Positions 40,175-50,457 of a stretch of DNA of 64,000 nt are shown one piece after another. The translations under genes and the position numbers were made by a program. Where the stretch lies: NCBI GenBank assembly GCA_022763105.1, contig JALEGK010000067.1:1811-65810 (forward strand), read 5' to 3'. Within the stretch, counting starts at the first letter, position 1; every line of letters begins with the position of its first letter. Under the pieces are notes generated by a model. The model was given only the letters and a program-made list of their open reading frames with translations. It did no database searches and was not told the origin of the DNA. The stretch is from Rickettsiales bacterium (GTDB lineage: Bacteria; Pseudomonadota; Alphaproteobacteria; Rickettsiales; UBA3002).

Positions 40175-42874
40175 ATGACGAACGCTAGCATTGACTCACT
40201 AGGCACAAAATCGTCTTTAAAAATCAATGGTGTGGCTTATCATTATTACAGCATTCCGGCTGCCTCTGAAAGCTTGGGCACCGATCTGTCTCGTCTTCCC
40301 TACTCCATAAAAGTGCTATTAGAGAATCTTTTGCGTCACGAAGACAACCGTTCGGTGCACAAAGAAGATATCTCCGCATTCGTTACATGGCTGAATGAAA
40401 AGAAGAATCCTCAGGAAATTGCATACCGCCCTGCCCGCGTCCTCATGCAAGATTTCACCGGTGTGCCAGCTGTCGTTGACCTAGCTGCCATGCGTGAAGC
40501 AGTATCGCACATGGGAGGGGATCCTAAGAAAATCAATCCATTATCACCTGTTGATCTGGTCATTGATCACTCGGTAATGGTCGATAAATATGCGAGCAAC
40601 AACGCATTCAAAGACAATGTAGATATTGAAATGCAGCGCAATCAAGAGCGCTACGAATTCCTGCGCTGGGGACAAAACGCTTTTGATAATTTCCGCGTGG
40701 TGCCACCGGGAACCGGTATCTGCCATCAGGTGAATTTAGAATATTTGGCACAAGTCGCTTGGACCAAGCAAGTCGGTGATGAAACCGTCGTCTACCCAGA
40801 CACACTTGTTGGAACCGATAGCCACACCACCATGATAAACGGTTTGGGCGTGCTTGGCTGGGGTGTTGGCGGTATTGAGGCTGAGGCTGCAATGCTCGGC
40901 CAGCCTATTTCAATGCTCATTCCTGAAGTGGTCGGATTTAAACTGTCCGGCTCAATTAAAGAAGGCACCACTGCAACTGACTTGGTGCTAACCATCGTAC
41001 AAATGCTGCGCGAAAAAGGCGTGGTGGGCAAGTTCGTTGAGTTTTATGGTGACGGTCTGGATCAGCTATCATTGGCTGACCGCGCAACGATCGCAAATAT
41101 GGCCCCTGAATATGGCGCAACCTGCGGCATCTTCCCGGTAGACCAAGAAACCATCAATTATCTGAAGCTTACCGCACGCGATGATGATCGCATTGCGCTT
41201 GTAGAAGCCTATGCGAAGGCGCAAGGTATGTGGCGCGACGAAAATTACGCAGAGCCTGTCTTCTCAGATACACTCTCTCTTGATATGTCTAGCGTAGAGC
41301 CAAGCCTAGCTGGCCCAAAGCGCCCACAAGACCGCATTGCCCTATCACAAGCATCTGGCGCATTTGCGGGTGAAGTGGAAAAGCTAAACACCGGTAACAC
41401 CACTCCAGGCCAGCGTGTGGGCGTGAATAGCAAAGAGTTTGATCTAGGTCATGGCGATGTCGTGATCGCAGCCATCACCAGCTGCACTAACACATCAAAT
41501 CCTAGCGTCATGCTAGCGGCCGGATTGGTCGCGAAAAAAGCGCGCGAAAAAGGATTGCAAACCAAACCGTGGGTGAAGACCTCTTTAGCACCCGGATCAA
41601 AGGTTGTAACCGAATATTTGGAAAAAGCACAACTCCAGGACGACCTCGACGCACTCGGATTTAACCTCGTTGGCTATGGCTGCACCACTTGTATTGGCAA
41701 CTCTGGCCCACTCATGCCCGAGATTGAAGAATCCATTAAAGACAACCAGTTAGTGGTCACTTCCGTGCTCTCAGGAAATCGCAACTTCGAAGGGCGCGTC
41801 CACCAATTGGTCAAAGCCAACTATCTAGCCTCCCCTCCATTGGTGGTGGCATATGCTTTAGCTGGCTCTATGAATGTTGACGTGCTCAATGATGCCATTG
41901 GCAATGACTCAGATGGTAATCCTGTCTATCTGAAAGACATCTGGCCGACCAATGCCGAAGTGAAGGCTGTGGTAGAATCATGCGTCACCTCTGACATGTT
42001 CCGCGAGAAATATGCAGATGTGTTCTCTGGTGAGCCAGAATGGCAATCCATCAAAACCTCTGCTGGTCTTACCTATCAGTGGAATGACGCAAGTACCTAT
42101 GTGCAAAACCCACCATATTTTGAAGGTATGCAGCCAGTTTCGACCGGTGGGAATATTCAAGACATTGAAAATGCTAGCATTCTAGCACTTCTGGGGGACA
42201 GTATCACCACCGACCATATCTCACCTGCCGGTAACATTGCCGCAGATGGTCCAGCCGCAAGATATTTGACCGATAACAAGGTGGTTCAGGCTGACTTCAA
42301 CTCATTTGGCTCTCGTCGTGGTAACCACGAAGTGATGATGCGCGGCACCTTTGCCAATATCCGTATTAAAAACGAGATGGCTCCTGGTACCGAGGGCGGC
42401 GTCACTACCTACATCCCATCAGGCGATCAGATGAGTATTTACGACGCAGCCATGAAGTACAAAGAAAGCGACACGCCACTCGTGGTAATTGCTGGTAAAG
42501 AATATGGCACCGGCTCATCACGCGACTGGGCGGCGAAAGGCACCAACCTTCTGGGTGTGAAAGCAGTCATTGCCGAGAGTTTCGAGCGTATTCACCGCTC
42601 TAACCTTGTCGGTATGGGCGTGATTCCACTCATGTTCAAAGATGGTGATAGCCGTAAATCGCTCAAGCTGGATGGTACAGAAACCGTGAGCATTGTCGGT
42701 CTATCAGGCGAAATTAAGCCGCGCATGGACGTAAAATGCAACATTACCAGAAAAGATGGCAGTACAGAGTCTATAACGCTGCTGTGCCGAATTGACACCG
42801 CAGATGAATTATCATACATTCAAAATGGTGGCATTCTTCAGTATGTTATGCGCAACCTGATGAGTGCAGCCTAA
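40175..42874 (+). CDS. acnA: Aconitate hydratase A
   Basis: 899 aa from ATG 40175 (RBS CAGGAGAG). Fe-S ligand regions [17 protein letters not shown] and CTTCIGNSG. Confidence 0.95.
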   Translation: MTNASIDSLGTKSSLKINGVAYHYYSIPAASESLGTDLSRLPYSIKVLLENLLRHEDNRSVHKEDISAFVTWLNEKKNPQEIAYRPARVLMQDFTGVPAVVDLAAMREAVSHMGGDPKKINPLSPVDLVIDHSVMVDKYASNNAFKDNVDIEMQRNQERYEFLRWGQNAFDNFRVVPPGTGICHQVNLEYLAQVAWTKQVGDETVVYPDTLVGTDSHTTMINGLGVLGWGVGGIEAEAAMLGQPISMLIPEVVGFKLSGSIKEGTTATDLVLTIVQMLREKGVVGKFVEFYGDGLDQLSLADRATIANMAPEYGATCGIFPVDQETINYLKLTARDDDRIALVEAYAKAQGMWRDENYAEPVFSDTLSLDMSSVEPSLAGPKRPQDRIALSQASGAFAGEVEKLNTGNTTPGQRVGVNSKEFDLGHGDVVIAAITSCTNTSNPSVMLAAGLVAKKAREKGLQTKPWVKTSLAPGSKVVTEYLEKAQLQDDLDALGFNLVGYGCTTCIGNSGPLMPEIEESIKDNQLVVTSVLSGNRNFEGRVHQLVKANYLASPPLVVAYALAGSMNVDVLNDAIGNDSDGNPVYLKDIWPTNAEVKAVVESCVTSDMFREKYADVFSGEPEWQSIKTSAGLTYQWNDASTYVQNPPYFEGMQPVSTGGNIQDIENASILALLGDSITTDHISPAGNIAADGPAARYLTDNKVVQADFNSFGSRRGNHEVMMRGTFANIRIKNEMAPGTEGGVTTYIPSGDQMSIYDAAMKYKESDTPLVVIAGKEYGTGSSRDWAAKGTNLLGVKAVIAESFERIHRSNLVGMGVIPLMFKDGDSRKSLKLDGTETVSIVGLSGEIKPRMDVKCNITRKDGSTESITLLCRIDTADELSYIQNGGILQYVMRNLMSAA

Positions 42875-42911
42875 GAATAGACAGGTTACGAATGAAAAGA
42901 GGCTAAGTCTT

Positions 42912-43280
42912 ATGAACGACGAAACCAACACTTCCGGTGAAGATAAATACGAACCAGATAATATCTCACGTATTATCATGCTGATTTATGGCACACTGGA
43001 AACTGGCGGGCCATTCTGGTGCTATGTCGCTGTTAAACCTAGCCAATTTGACGCATTCCAAGAAGCCGAAACCTCTGGAAAACTAGATCTGTATAACTTC
43101 GACCAATTTGGCGAAGTGGTAGTCTCCGGCGAAGGCGATAAGCCACCTAAAGAGGTTACACAGAAGGTAGCAGAGATGTATAACACCAACCCTGCGGACT
43201 TCTTCAAACCGATTGATCCAAAGGCTGAAATCAATCGTAAGATCGATGAGCTAAAGTCTCAGGAACAGCAGGACACCTAG
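42912..43280 (+). CDS. Hypothetical small acidic protein
   Basis: 122 aa from ATG 42912. Acidic, with no hydrophobic segment. No motif recognised. Confidence 0.6.
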   Translation: MNDETNTSGEDKYEPDNISRIIMLIYGTLETGGPFWCYVAVKPSQFDAFQEAETSGKLDLYNFDQFGEVVVSGEGDKPPKEVTQKVAEMYNTNPADFFKPIDPKAEINRKIDELKSQEQQDT

Positions 43281-43406
43281 GCTTCCCCTCTCCCTTCGTA
43301 TTGAATTTGCAATAGAAACTTCACCGAACTGTCACACACAATCGTGTGGGCCTATGGTACAACTTGATTATCGATAGAAATTTTATAGTCAGCGAAGGAG
43401 TTTATC

Positions 43407-44387
43407 ATGGCTGAAGAACAAGGTGGCGCACTAGCCGGAATCGCAAAGATTGGAAAGGTTGTCCTAGCAGTTGCCGCTGTAATTGGTATTGCTGCCGCAG
43501 CAGGCTACGGTGTTGAATCACTAGGTGGCGAACGAATTTACGGCCAATTAGGCGGTGGTATCGGTGCGAGTCTTCTAGACATACCAAATCAAATCGTATC
43601 ATGGCTCTCATCCTTTACTGGCGGAGAAGTGGGTACCACGGATGGTCTTCCTGGTATTGAACAGGTTGGCGAAGCCGCAAAAATTGACCCTGAAGTGATA
43701 AATTCACTAAATGAACAAGCGAATACTCTTGGTGGCACAGATGGCGTATTAACTGCTAACGTGAAAGAGTTAGGCGAGTTTGTAACTGAGTTAGAAAAGC
43801 TCAAAGGCACAAACCCTGACCTATATGCTAAAATCGTCGATTCATTCGATAGCCATGGCTTTTCCATTGACAAGCTTAAAGCAGCGGCAGACAGCTTAGC
43901 CACTGTCGAGAATGTAGACTTTAAGAACATGACCGGTAAAGAACTTACCGATTACATCAAAAATGCAAATTATTTGCATGATTCTATAGAAGCCTTTAAT
44001 TCATCTGAAGGCTATATCTCTCAAGCTATTGATGACAAAGCTAAAGAAGTGAAATTAGCCATTGATGGTTTGGATGTAGACAGCAAAGACTTTGCAGCAG
44101 ACAAAGCAGCAGAGTTGAAAAAGCTGACTGATTTTAAAGCAGGCTTTGAGCCATTCCAAACCGCAACCACTGAAGCACGTGACGCTATCACGACAGCTAA
44201 AAACGGTTTGTTGGAACTTCGTAATGCGCAACATGCGGTACTGAATCCAAGCATCAACCCTTATGCAGCCACAGCAGCAGTAGCTGCCGGTGGTGCAACG
44301 GCTTACGGTATTGCAAAAATGGGTTCTCATGCAGAGCGTGAGGAAGCCCGTCGCGAGATGCCGCAAGATAACCAAGTTTACGTATAA
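43407..44387 (+). CDS. Hypothetical protein with N- and C-terminal Ala/Gly-rich hydrophobic anchors and a long helical middle
   Basis: 326 aa. Strong RBS GAAGGAG. No family recognised. Confidence 0.7.
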   Translation: MAEEQGGALAGIAKIGKVVLAVAAVIGIAAAAGYGVESLGGERIYGQLGGGIGASLLDIPNQIVSWLSSFTGGEVGTTDGLPGIEQVGEAAKIDPEVINSLNEQANTLGGTDGVLTANVKELGEFVTELEKLKGTNPDLYAKIVDSFDSHGFSIDKLKAAADSLATVENVDFKNMTGKELTDYIKNANYLHDSIEAFNSSEGYISQAIDDKAKEVKLAIDGLDVDSKDFAADKAAELKKLTDFKAGFEPFQTATTEARDAITTAKNGLLELRNAQHAVLNPSINPYAATAAVAAGGATAYGIAKMGSHAEREEARREMPQDNQVYV

Positions 44388-44405
44388 GAAACTGAAAGAA
44401 ACAGG

Positions 44406-44963
44406 ATGGCTAGCCCATCACAAGACCGCTCTACAACATGGGGCAAAATGTTTGAAACTGGCAAGGCCGCAGTGAAAGTCACACTCGCGGCCTTCGCTTT
44501 CGCCTTTGTATCCCTTGTCCTTTATCATTTTGGTGTAAATGTCTACGAGAACGACATTGCAGGAACCGGCTTTGGCGATGCCATGTCTGAGGCTTGGAAA
44601 AGCGGTGTCAGCGCTACCCAAAGTGTCTGGGGTAGCATTGAAGGCTTCTTCTCTGATGTCACCAGCGCTGGCGGCACTCCAAGCGACACATGGTCATGGA
44701 TGCAGGAGCAATGGCAGAAACCTTGGGTAAAGGCCGGAACGGTCATCTCAGGTTTAGGTATTGGCGCAATCATGATCAATGAGGCAGGCAAAGAACCTGC
44801 AAGACGCCCGCAACCTCAACCAGCCGTACAAACTTATCGCCCTCGCCCTACTCGCTGTAACCAGCTACCACCATTGCCAAGCGCCACCGCATCACAAGAC
44901 GAATTCCGCGCACTTAAGCAACGCCTAGACGCAGCCCGCGCACAAGAACGTGGTCTTGCCTAA
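44406..44963 (+). CDS. Hypothetical membrane protein (2 predicted TM helices, Trp-rich loop, Pro-rich tail)
   Basis: 185 aa. Starts 18 nt after the preceding ORF. No family recognised. Confidence 0.65.
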   Translation: MASPSQDRSTTWGKMFETGKAAVKVTLAAFAFAFVSLVLYHFGVNVYENDIAGTGFGDAMSEAWKSGVSATQSVWGSIEGFFSDVTSAGGTPSDTWSWMQEQWQKPWVKAGTVISGLGIGAIMINEAGKEPARRPQPQPAVQTYRPRPTRCNQLPPLPSATASQDEFRALKQRLDAARAQERGLA

Positions 44964-46604
44964 CTAATCGAGTTTGACGGTTAATTTCGTCCCCAGAAAA
45001 CGCAATCCGAACCATAAGATCGCCGCACCTATGCCTAGCCCCAGCCACGAAGGTAGGCCATAAGCGCATGGAATAACGCATGAAATTATCGCAACCGCGG
45101 CTACAAACAGCGCATAAGGCATCTGGGTGCGCACATGATCCATGTGAGAGCAGTCAGAAGCAAGCGATGATAGAATTGTCGTATCAGAAATAGGTGAACA
45201 ATGATCACCCCAGACCGCACCAGACATCACCCCAGCCGAGACACTAAACAAAATCGGCCAGTAAGCCGCAGGCTCTAAGCCGCTAGAGCTCACCAAAGAC
45301 CAGGCAAGCGGAATCACGAGCGGAATCAGAATACCCATCGTACCCCAGCTAGAGCCGGTAGCAAATGCGGTAATGGCTGCAATCACAAACACAATCAATG
45401 GCAACCACTCTGCCGACATGCCATCCCCTACAAAGGAGACGACATATTGTGCCGTGCGCAGATCGGTGTTCACATCAGCAATTGCCCACGCAAAGGTCAG
45501 AATCATCACGGCCATAAGCATGGGTTTAAAGCCATCTTCCATCGCCTCCATGGCGCTAGAAAGGTTCAGCGACTTGGTGAAAACCGAAATCAAGATAGCA
45601 GAGATCAGGCTTAGCAATGCCGCCCATAACATTGAGCGAAATGGATCAGCCGAACCCAGAATTTCACGCAGGCCACTCCCGTCACCCGTCACAAACAAAC
45701 CGTAAATGGTGGTCCCAATCAAAATTGCAATCGGAATGGCGGCCTTAAACGCGCCGGTATTGCCCTGCTCTACCTCTTCTTTGCCACCAACACCCATCTG
45801 CTCAATCGCACGCTTTTCAGCCGCTAGCATTGGCCCAAAATCACGACGCGAAACAATGATAAACACAATGAATATGAGCATCAGCAATGGGTAGAAGCTA
45901 TAGCTGATCGACTCGACAAACAGCTCATAGGCAGACAATTCAAAACCTTCTAGGTCTTTGATCACGCCTTCTAGCAACGAAATCTGGAAACCAATCCACG
46001 TCGTCACGAGCGCAACGCACGCCAACGGCGCTGCCGTAGAATCTACCAAAAATGCAAGCTTCTCGCGTGAAATGCCTAACTTATCGGTCATTGGGCGCAT
46101 CGTCTTACCGACAATCAGCGTATTGGCGTAATCATCAAAAAAGACAACAAAACCAAGCAAGTACGTCGAAAGTTGCCCGCGAGTACGGTTATGGGCAAAT
46201 TTGGTAATCCAATGCACGACCCCTCGCATGCCACCATTTGCCGAGATGATGCCGATCGTTCCACCAATCAGCAGGGTAAAGCCCACCACCGACATATGAT
46301 CGCCTGAGCCATCTGCCGGCACCAATGCACGTAGCATATAGGTATCGACCACACGCAGCAATCCTTGTAAGAAGCCGTCGACCAGCCCGCCTTCCATAAT
46401 GGCCGCACCTGCCCAAATACCGACAAATAACGAGACAAACACCTGACGAGTCAAAAACGCCATACCAATGGCTAATAATGCAGGAAGTAGCGATAATTCA
46501 CCGAAATCTTTAACCACGCTGACTTCAGCAGCCCCCACCTCAGCAAATGCCGGAAGAGCAATACAAAGCCCCAAAACTCCAAAAACGATGGTCGAAATAC
46601 GCAT
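44964..46604 (-). CDS. nhaC: NhaC-family Na+/H+ antiporter
   Basis: 546 aa. Polytopic membrane protein with the NhaC-like pattern. Confidence 0.75.
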   Translation of the reverse strand: MRISTIVFGVLGLCIALPAFAEVGAAEVSVVKDFGELSLLPALLAIGMAFLTRQVFVSLFVGIWAGAAIMEGGLVDGFLQGLLRVVDTYMLRALVPADGSGDHMSVVGFTLLIGGTIGIISANGGMRGVVHWITKFAHNRTRGQLSTYLLGFVVFFDDYANTLIVGKTMRPMTDKLGISREKLAFLVDSTAAPLACVALVTTWIGFQISLLEGVIKDLEGFELSAYELFVESISYSFYPLLMLIFIVFIIVSRRDFGPMLAAEKRAIEQMGVGGKEEVEQGNTGAFKAAIPIAILIGTTIYGLFVTGDGSGLREILGSADPFRSMLWAALLSLISAILISVFTKSLNLSSAMEAMEDGFKPMLMAVMILTFAWAIADVNTDLRTAQYVVSFVGDGMSAEWLPLIVFVIAAITAFATGSSWGTMGILIPLVIPLAWSLVSSSGLEPAAYWPILFSVSAGVMSGAVWGDHCSPISDTTILSSLASDCSHMDHVRTQMPYALFVAAVAIISCVIPCAYGLPSWLGLGIGAAILWFGLRFLGTKLTVKLD

Positions 46605-46744
46605 TTATCCTTTTTACGCCCGCCTAATCTTACGATCAAGCGGTAAGCAACGCTTGTGTAAAACACTTATTTTTCAATGAAATGTCATGAGACTGTCATT
46701 TGTTGGCCATGTAGGCACATGGTAAAATTATAGTGAGACGAACT

Positions 46745-48523
46745 ATGCATGATGCAATGACAGAAACGATATTTATAGAAGGCGACATCGCCTCGAAGAT
46801 TCGCTTTATGGCGAGCGCAATGCGCGATAAGCCATGGAGCCTTAATGTCGTATTGCCAAAAGACTATGAAAACAGCCCAACCAAACAGCGCGAATTACTC
46901 GACGGTTTAAAACGCACTGACGCTGAACTCGCGTTAACACGCAATAATCATGATCAACTTACCTTAGGCCTGAATTATAGCCCAGCTACACTCACTGCCG
47001 CGCAAAAAGCAGCCTATGGTGCTAAGGAATACGCCAAAGGCATATTCGGTGATAGCGCACGACTAATCGGCGCCATCTATCTCATGGGCGATGCTATGGT
47101 GACGCTCTCACCAATGCTCAATAAAAGCCCAACCGCGCAAGCAGAGAAAAACAATATCCTGCACGGATTAAAAGACCCGTATAATGTCATGCAATATTTC
47201 CAGGGCATCTCTACGGTATTGCAATCGATTGTCTACGCACACTACGCACGAGACGGTAAAGACACATTGCTCAATCAGCTAGATGATCACCTAGATATCG
47301 CACAGCAGGAAAAGCAAAACCCTCTCGATGTGAAGCTGTGGCACGGCCATGAGCCTGAACAAAGCCTATGGTCAGAGATGAACCAATTCTTATATGACCA
47401 CGCCATTACCGTTGGCGCAGGCCTTATGATGGCGGGTCAAACCGGCTATATTGCAGGTGGTTTGCTACGGCAAAACAGATGGGCCAAACATTTAGCTGAC
47501 TACGAAAAAGGCCAATTAGGTAAAGACACAAAAACCTTCCTTGAGACCTTTGCCACTGACAAAAAGATCAGCACCAAAGAGAAGATATTACTTAATAAAA
47601 AAGCGGGCCTTATGGAGATCGGCCGTGGTGCGCTGTCTATCCTAACTTGGGCCACGTTCATTCGCACCAGTAAGGAGCATGAGAAAAAAGCCAACTGGAA
47701 TGACGATCCATTCGAACGCGCTAAGCAAGAGCTGGATGAAAACCCACAACGCTTTGCAGCGATTATGTCAATGGCATCTAGTGCTTTTGGTATGTATGCG
47801 GGTGCCGCCAAAGGTAACGCACTACAGAAACTGGGCGAAGGCACCTATTTAGGCGCAGACGCACTCATGTTTGTGACCCGTAAGAAAGACTATGGGCGCG
47901 ATAATGCAGAGAATAATGACATTATTATACAAGCTGGCGCAGAATTTATCGCCAATGCACCATTTGCCTTGGGCGCACAGGCCAAATCAGACTTTGTAAG
48001 AGATTTAGCTGAGTATTTTGTCACCCATGAACAAGAACATAAGCCAGATGAAAAGCGCTTAAGAGAACGCCAAGCGATTATAGCCGATGAAATGGAAGCG
48101 GTATTAAATGATACCGAAACCGCCTATGACCACACGATTGCAGCGGCCATTGACATCATTCAAAAGTTCCCACCTGAGAAGCATGCAGACGTCGCTCATA
48201 AACTTAGTTATTATTTGGCTAATCAATCCACTATCTATGCCACCCCGGAAGAAATAGAACAAAGCCTGCAAAAAGGCTTAAAGAATGTCATGCATGTTCA
48301 GCGCAAACCTCACATTGCAGAACTAGACGCATCCATGCAGCGTTTAGTCGCCGCAATCCCGGGTATGGATGATGCTTCGCAATCTGTAAAACTCTATGAT
48401 GTCATCGAACATTGTATTGGCACAGACCCAAAGAAAGAGGCGCCAACCCATCCGGACTCGGAAGTGAAAATGGCTAAACATTTAGGCCAACAACAAATCA
48501 CCGAGAGCAATGTCGCGATCTAA
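46745..48523 (+). CDS. Hypothetical large protein with several paired hydrophobic segments
   Basis: 592 aa from ATG 46745 (the track starts at GTG 46733). Soluble N-terminal (~95 aa) and C-terminal (~200 aa) regions flank ~6 hydrophobic stretches. No family recognised. Confidence 0.7.
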   Translation: MHDAMTETIFIEGDIASKIRFMASAMRDKPWSLNVVLPKDYENSPTKQRELLDGLKRTDAELALTRNNHDQLTLGLNYSPATLTAAQKAAYGAKEYAKGIFGDSARLIGAIYLMGDAMVTLSPMLNKSPTAQAEKNNILHGLKDPYNVMQYFQGISTVLQSIVYAHYARDGKDTLLNQLDDHLDIAQQEKQNPLDVKLWHGHEPEQSLWSEMNQFLYDHAITVGAGLMMAGQTGYIAGGLLRQNRWAKHLADYEKGQLGKDTKTFLETFATDKKISTKEKILLNKKAGLMEIGRGALSILTWATFIRTSKEHEKKANWNDDPFERAKQELDENPQRFAAIMSMASSAFGMYAGAAKGNALQKLGEGTYLGADALMFVTRKKDYGRDNAENNDIIIQAGAEFIANAPFALGAQAKSDFVRDLAEYFVTHEQEHKPDEKRLRERQAIIADEMEAVLNDTETAYDHTIAAAIDIIQKFPPEKHADVAHKLSYYLANQSTIYATPEEIEQSLQKGLKNVMHVQRKPHIAELDASMQRLVAAIPGMDDASQSVKLYDVIEHCIGTDPKKEAPTHPDSEVKMAKHLGQQQITESNVAI

Positions 48524-48627
48524 GGCGCATTTTTATTCATAAAACACTAGACTAACCAATCTTTTATCGCTATAAGCGCCCTCCCTCTTGGGTATATGCA
48601 AAGTCAACCGAAAGTAGGAGATACAAA

Positions 48628-49101
48628 ATGGCTGTAGCAATTAGATTACAACGCGGTGGCGCAAAGAAACGCCCTTATTACCGCATCGTCGTAACCGATA
48701 AACGTATGCCACGTGATGGCCGTTTCATCGAAAAAGTGGGTACATTCAACCCAATGCTTCCTAAGGATAGCGCTGAACGTCTGACCCTTAAAAAAGATCG
48801 CATCGAGCACTGGCTAAAAGTTGGCGCACTGCCTTCAGAGCGCGTGCACGGCTTCCTTCATAAAGAAGGTATTCTGGAAGAAGCGTTTGACGTATCACAC
48901 CGTCCGCAAAAATCTCGTAAGCGTCCAGACAAGAAAACCCGCAAAGAGCTAAAAGCAGAAGCGGATGAAGCTGCAAAGGCAGAAGCAGAAGCGGCACCAG
49001 CCGAAGAAGCTCCGGCTGAGGAAGCGGAAGCAGCGCCTGCTGAAGAAGCACCAGCTGAAGAAGCGGCAGCGGAAGAAAGCACAGAAGAGACCAAAGAATA
49101 A
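48628..49101 (+). CDS. rpsP: 30S ribosomal protein S16 with acidic A/E/P-repeat C-terminal extension
   Basis: 157 aa. [22 protein letters not shown] core. The tail is [33 protein letters not shown]. Confidence 0.95.
   Translation: MAVAIRLQRGGAKKRPYYRIVVTDKRMPRDGRFIEKVGTFNPMLPKDSAERLTLKKDRIEHWLKVGALPSERVHGFLHKEGILEEAFDVSHRPQKSRKRPDKKTRKELKAEADEAAKAEAEAAPAEEAPAEEAEAAPAEEAPAEEAAAEESTEETKE
48988..49059 (+). repeat. Imperfect in-frame tandem duplication inside rpsP (units of 33 and 39 nt encoding EA(EA)APAEEAPAE)
   Basis: Read directly: GAAGCGGCACCAGCCGAAGAAGCTCCGGCTGAG followed by GAAGCGGAAGCAGCGCCTGCTGAAGAAGCACCAGCTGAA. Confidence 0.7.
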
Positions 49102-49126
49102 TAACGTTTTACCATAGGAGTCTCTC

Positions 49127-49195
49127 ATGGAAATCGCACTAGCATTAGTCGGTGTAGGCTACATCCTTATCGGCATGTACATGCAAGCTTACTAA
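49127..49195 (+). CDS. Candidate 22-aa hydrophobic mini-protein (MEIALALVGVGYILIGMYMQAY)
   Basis: Canonical AGGAG sits 6 nt before the ATG. The ORF fills the rpsP-rimM gap and ends 10 nt before rimM. Its single predicted TM helix suggests a membrane peptide. It is below the ORF-track length cutoff. Confidence 0.45.
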   Translation: MEIALALVGVGYILIGMYMQAY

Positions 49196-49204
49196 GCAAA
49201 CATT

Positions 49205-49750
49205 ATGCAACATCACGATACGCTTGTGGCTGTAGGGGTAATTACCTCTGCCCACGGCGTACGTGGTGAAGTTAAAATCAAAAGTTTCACCGAATCCCCC
49301 GAAGACCTGACGGCATATGGCACACTCACAGATGCCGATGGCAAAGCATTGCAGATTCAAATCAAAGGCCATTCTAAAGGCCAGCTCATCGCCCGCCTGA
49401 AAGATATCAATGATCGCAATCAGGCCGAAGCGCTCAAAGGCAAAGAATTATTCATTCACAGAGACCAGCTCCCTGAATCCGATGATTCGGACGGCTTCTA
49501 TATTACCGATATGATCGGCCTAAAGGTAAGCTTAGGTGATGGCACTCCCTTTGGCATTATCAAGGCGGTTCATAATTTTGGCGCCGGTGACGTGATCGAA
49601 ATCAAACGTAACGATACCAAGAAGACCGAATTACTATCCTTCACCGATGCATGCTTTCCGGTGGTAGACATTAAGAAGTCGCTGATTGTCTGTAATCCCC
49701 CCGAATATGTAAAAGGTACGCCAGAGAAACAGGAGGAAGACGATGTTTAA
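49205..49750 (+). CDS. rimM: Ribosome maturation factor RimM
   Basis: 181 aa. GVRGEVKIKSFT motif and operon position. Confidence 0.9.
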   Translation: MQHHDTLVAVGVITSAHGVRGEVKIKSFTESPEDLTAYGTLTDADGKALQIQIKGHSKGQLIARLKDINDRNQAEALKGKELFIHRDQLPESDDSDGFYITDMIGLKVSLGDGTPFGIIKAVHNFGAGDVIEIKRNDTKKTELLSFTDACFPVVDIKKSLIVCNPPEYVKGTPEKQEEDDV

Positions 49751-50453
49751 AAGCTGCGTCATCACCCTATTTCCAGAAATGTTCCCCGGCCCTCTTGGTT
49801 ATTCATTGATTGGAACCGCTCTTAAGGAGCAAAAATGGGACCTTCAAACCATCAATATCCGCGACTTTGGCCACGGCAAACACGCCCAAGTCGATGACAC
49901 ACCTTACGGCGGCGGCGCGGGCATGGTGTTGCGTGCAGATGTCATCGGACCAGCTATCGACAAGGCTTTCGAGCTACTTCCAGACGCTAAACTCGCCTTT
50001 ATGTCCCCTAAAGGTGAACACTTCACTCAAAAGCACGCGGTTTCGCTGATCGAATCCCCACTCATTATACTGTGTGGACGTTTCGAAGCGGTAGATGAGA
50101 GAATAATAGATAAATATCAACCGATTGAACTATCTATCGGCGATTTTGTCATGACCGGCGGAGAGCTGGCAGCCATGGCTATGTTAGATGCGTGCGTGCG
50201 TTTATTGCCGGGCGTTGTGGGCGAAGAAACATCATTACATCAAGAAAGTTTCGGTTTAGATGAAAAATATGCTTGCCTGCTGGAACATCCTCACTATACT
50301 AAGCCGCCCAATTGGCAGGGGCTTGCAGTTCCTGACGTGCTAACCAGCGGAAATCATGCCAAGATTGATGCGTGGCGGTTAGAACGATCAGAAGAGATAA
50401 CCAAGCAGCGCCGTGGGGACATGTGGAAACAATATTTGGCGAACAAGGAATAG
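49743..50453 (+). CDS. trmD: tRNA (guanine37-N1)-methyltransferase
   Basis: 236 aa. YGGGAGMVL and [10 protein letters not shown] motifs. Confidence 0.95.
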   Translation: MFKSCVITLFPEMFPGPLGYSLIGTALKEQKWDLQTINIRDFGHGKHAQVDDTPYGGGAGMVLRADVIGPAIDKAFELLPDAKLAFMSPKGEHFTQKHAVSLIESPLIILCGRFEAVDERIIDKYQPIELSIGDFVMTGGELAAMAMLDACVRLLPGVVGEETSLHQESFGLDEKYACLLEHPHYTKPPNWQGLAVPDVLTSGNHAKIDAWRLERSEEITKQRRGDMWKQYLANKE

Positions 50454-50457
50454 TGCC

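Noticed and set aside
48788-49115. Minus-strand ORFs opposite the rpsP tail, and the possibility that the GAAGC-rich repeats are a non-coding tandem repeat or CRISPR-like array
   Set aside because: The repeats are in frame with rpsP, imperfect, only two units long and have no spacers. The antisense ORFs are by-products of the A/E/P codons.
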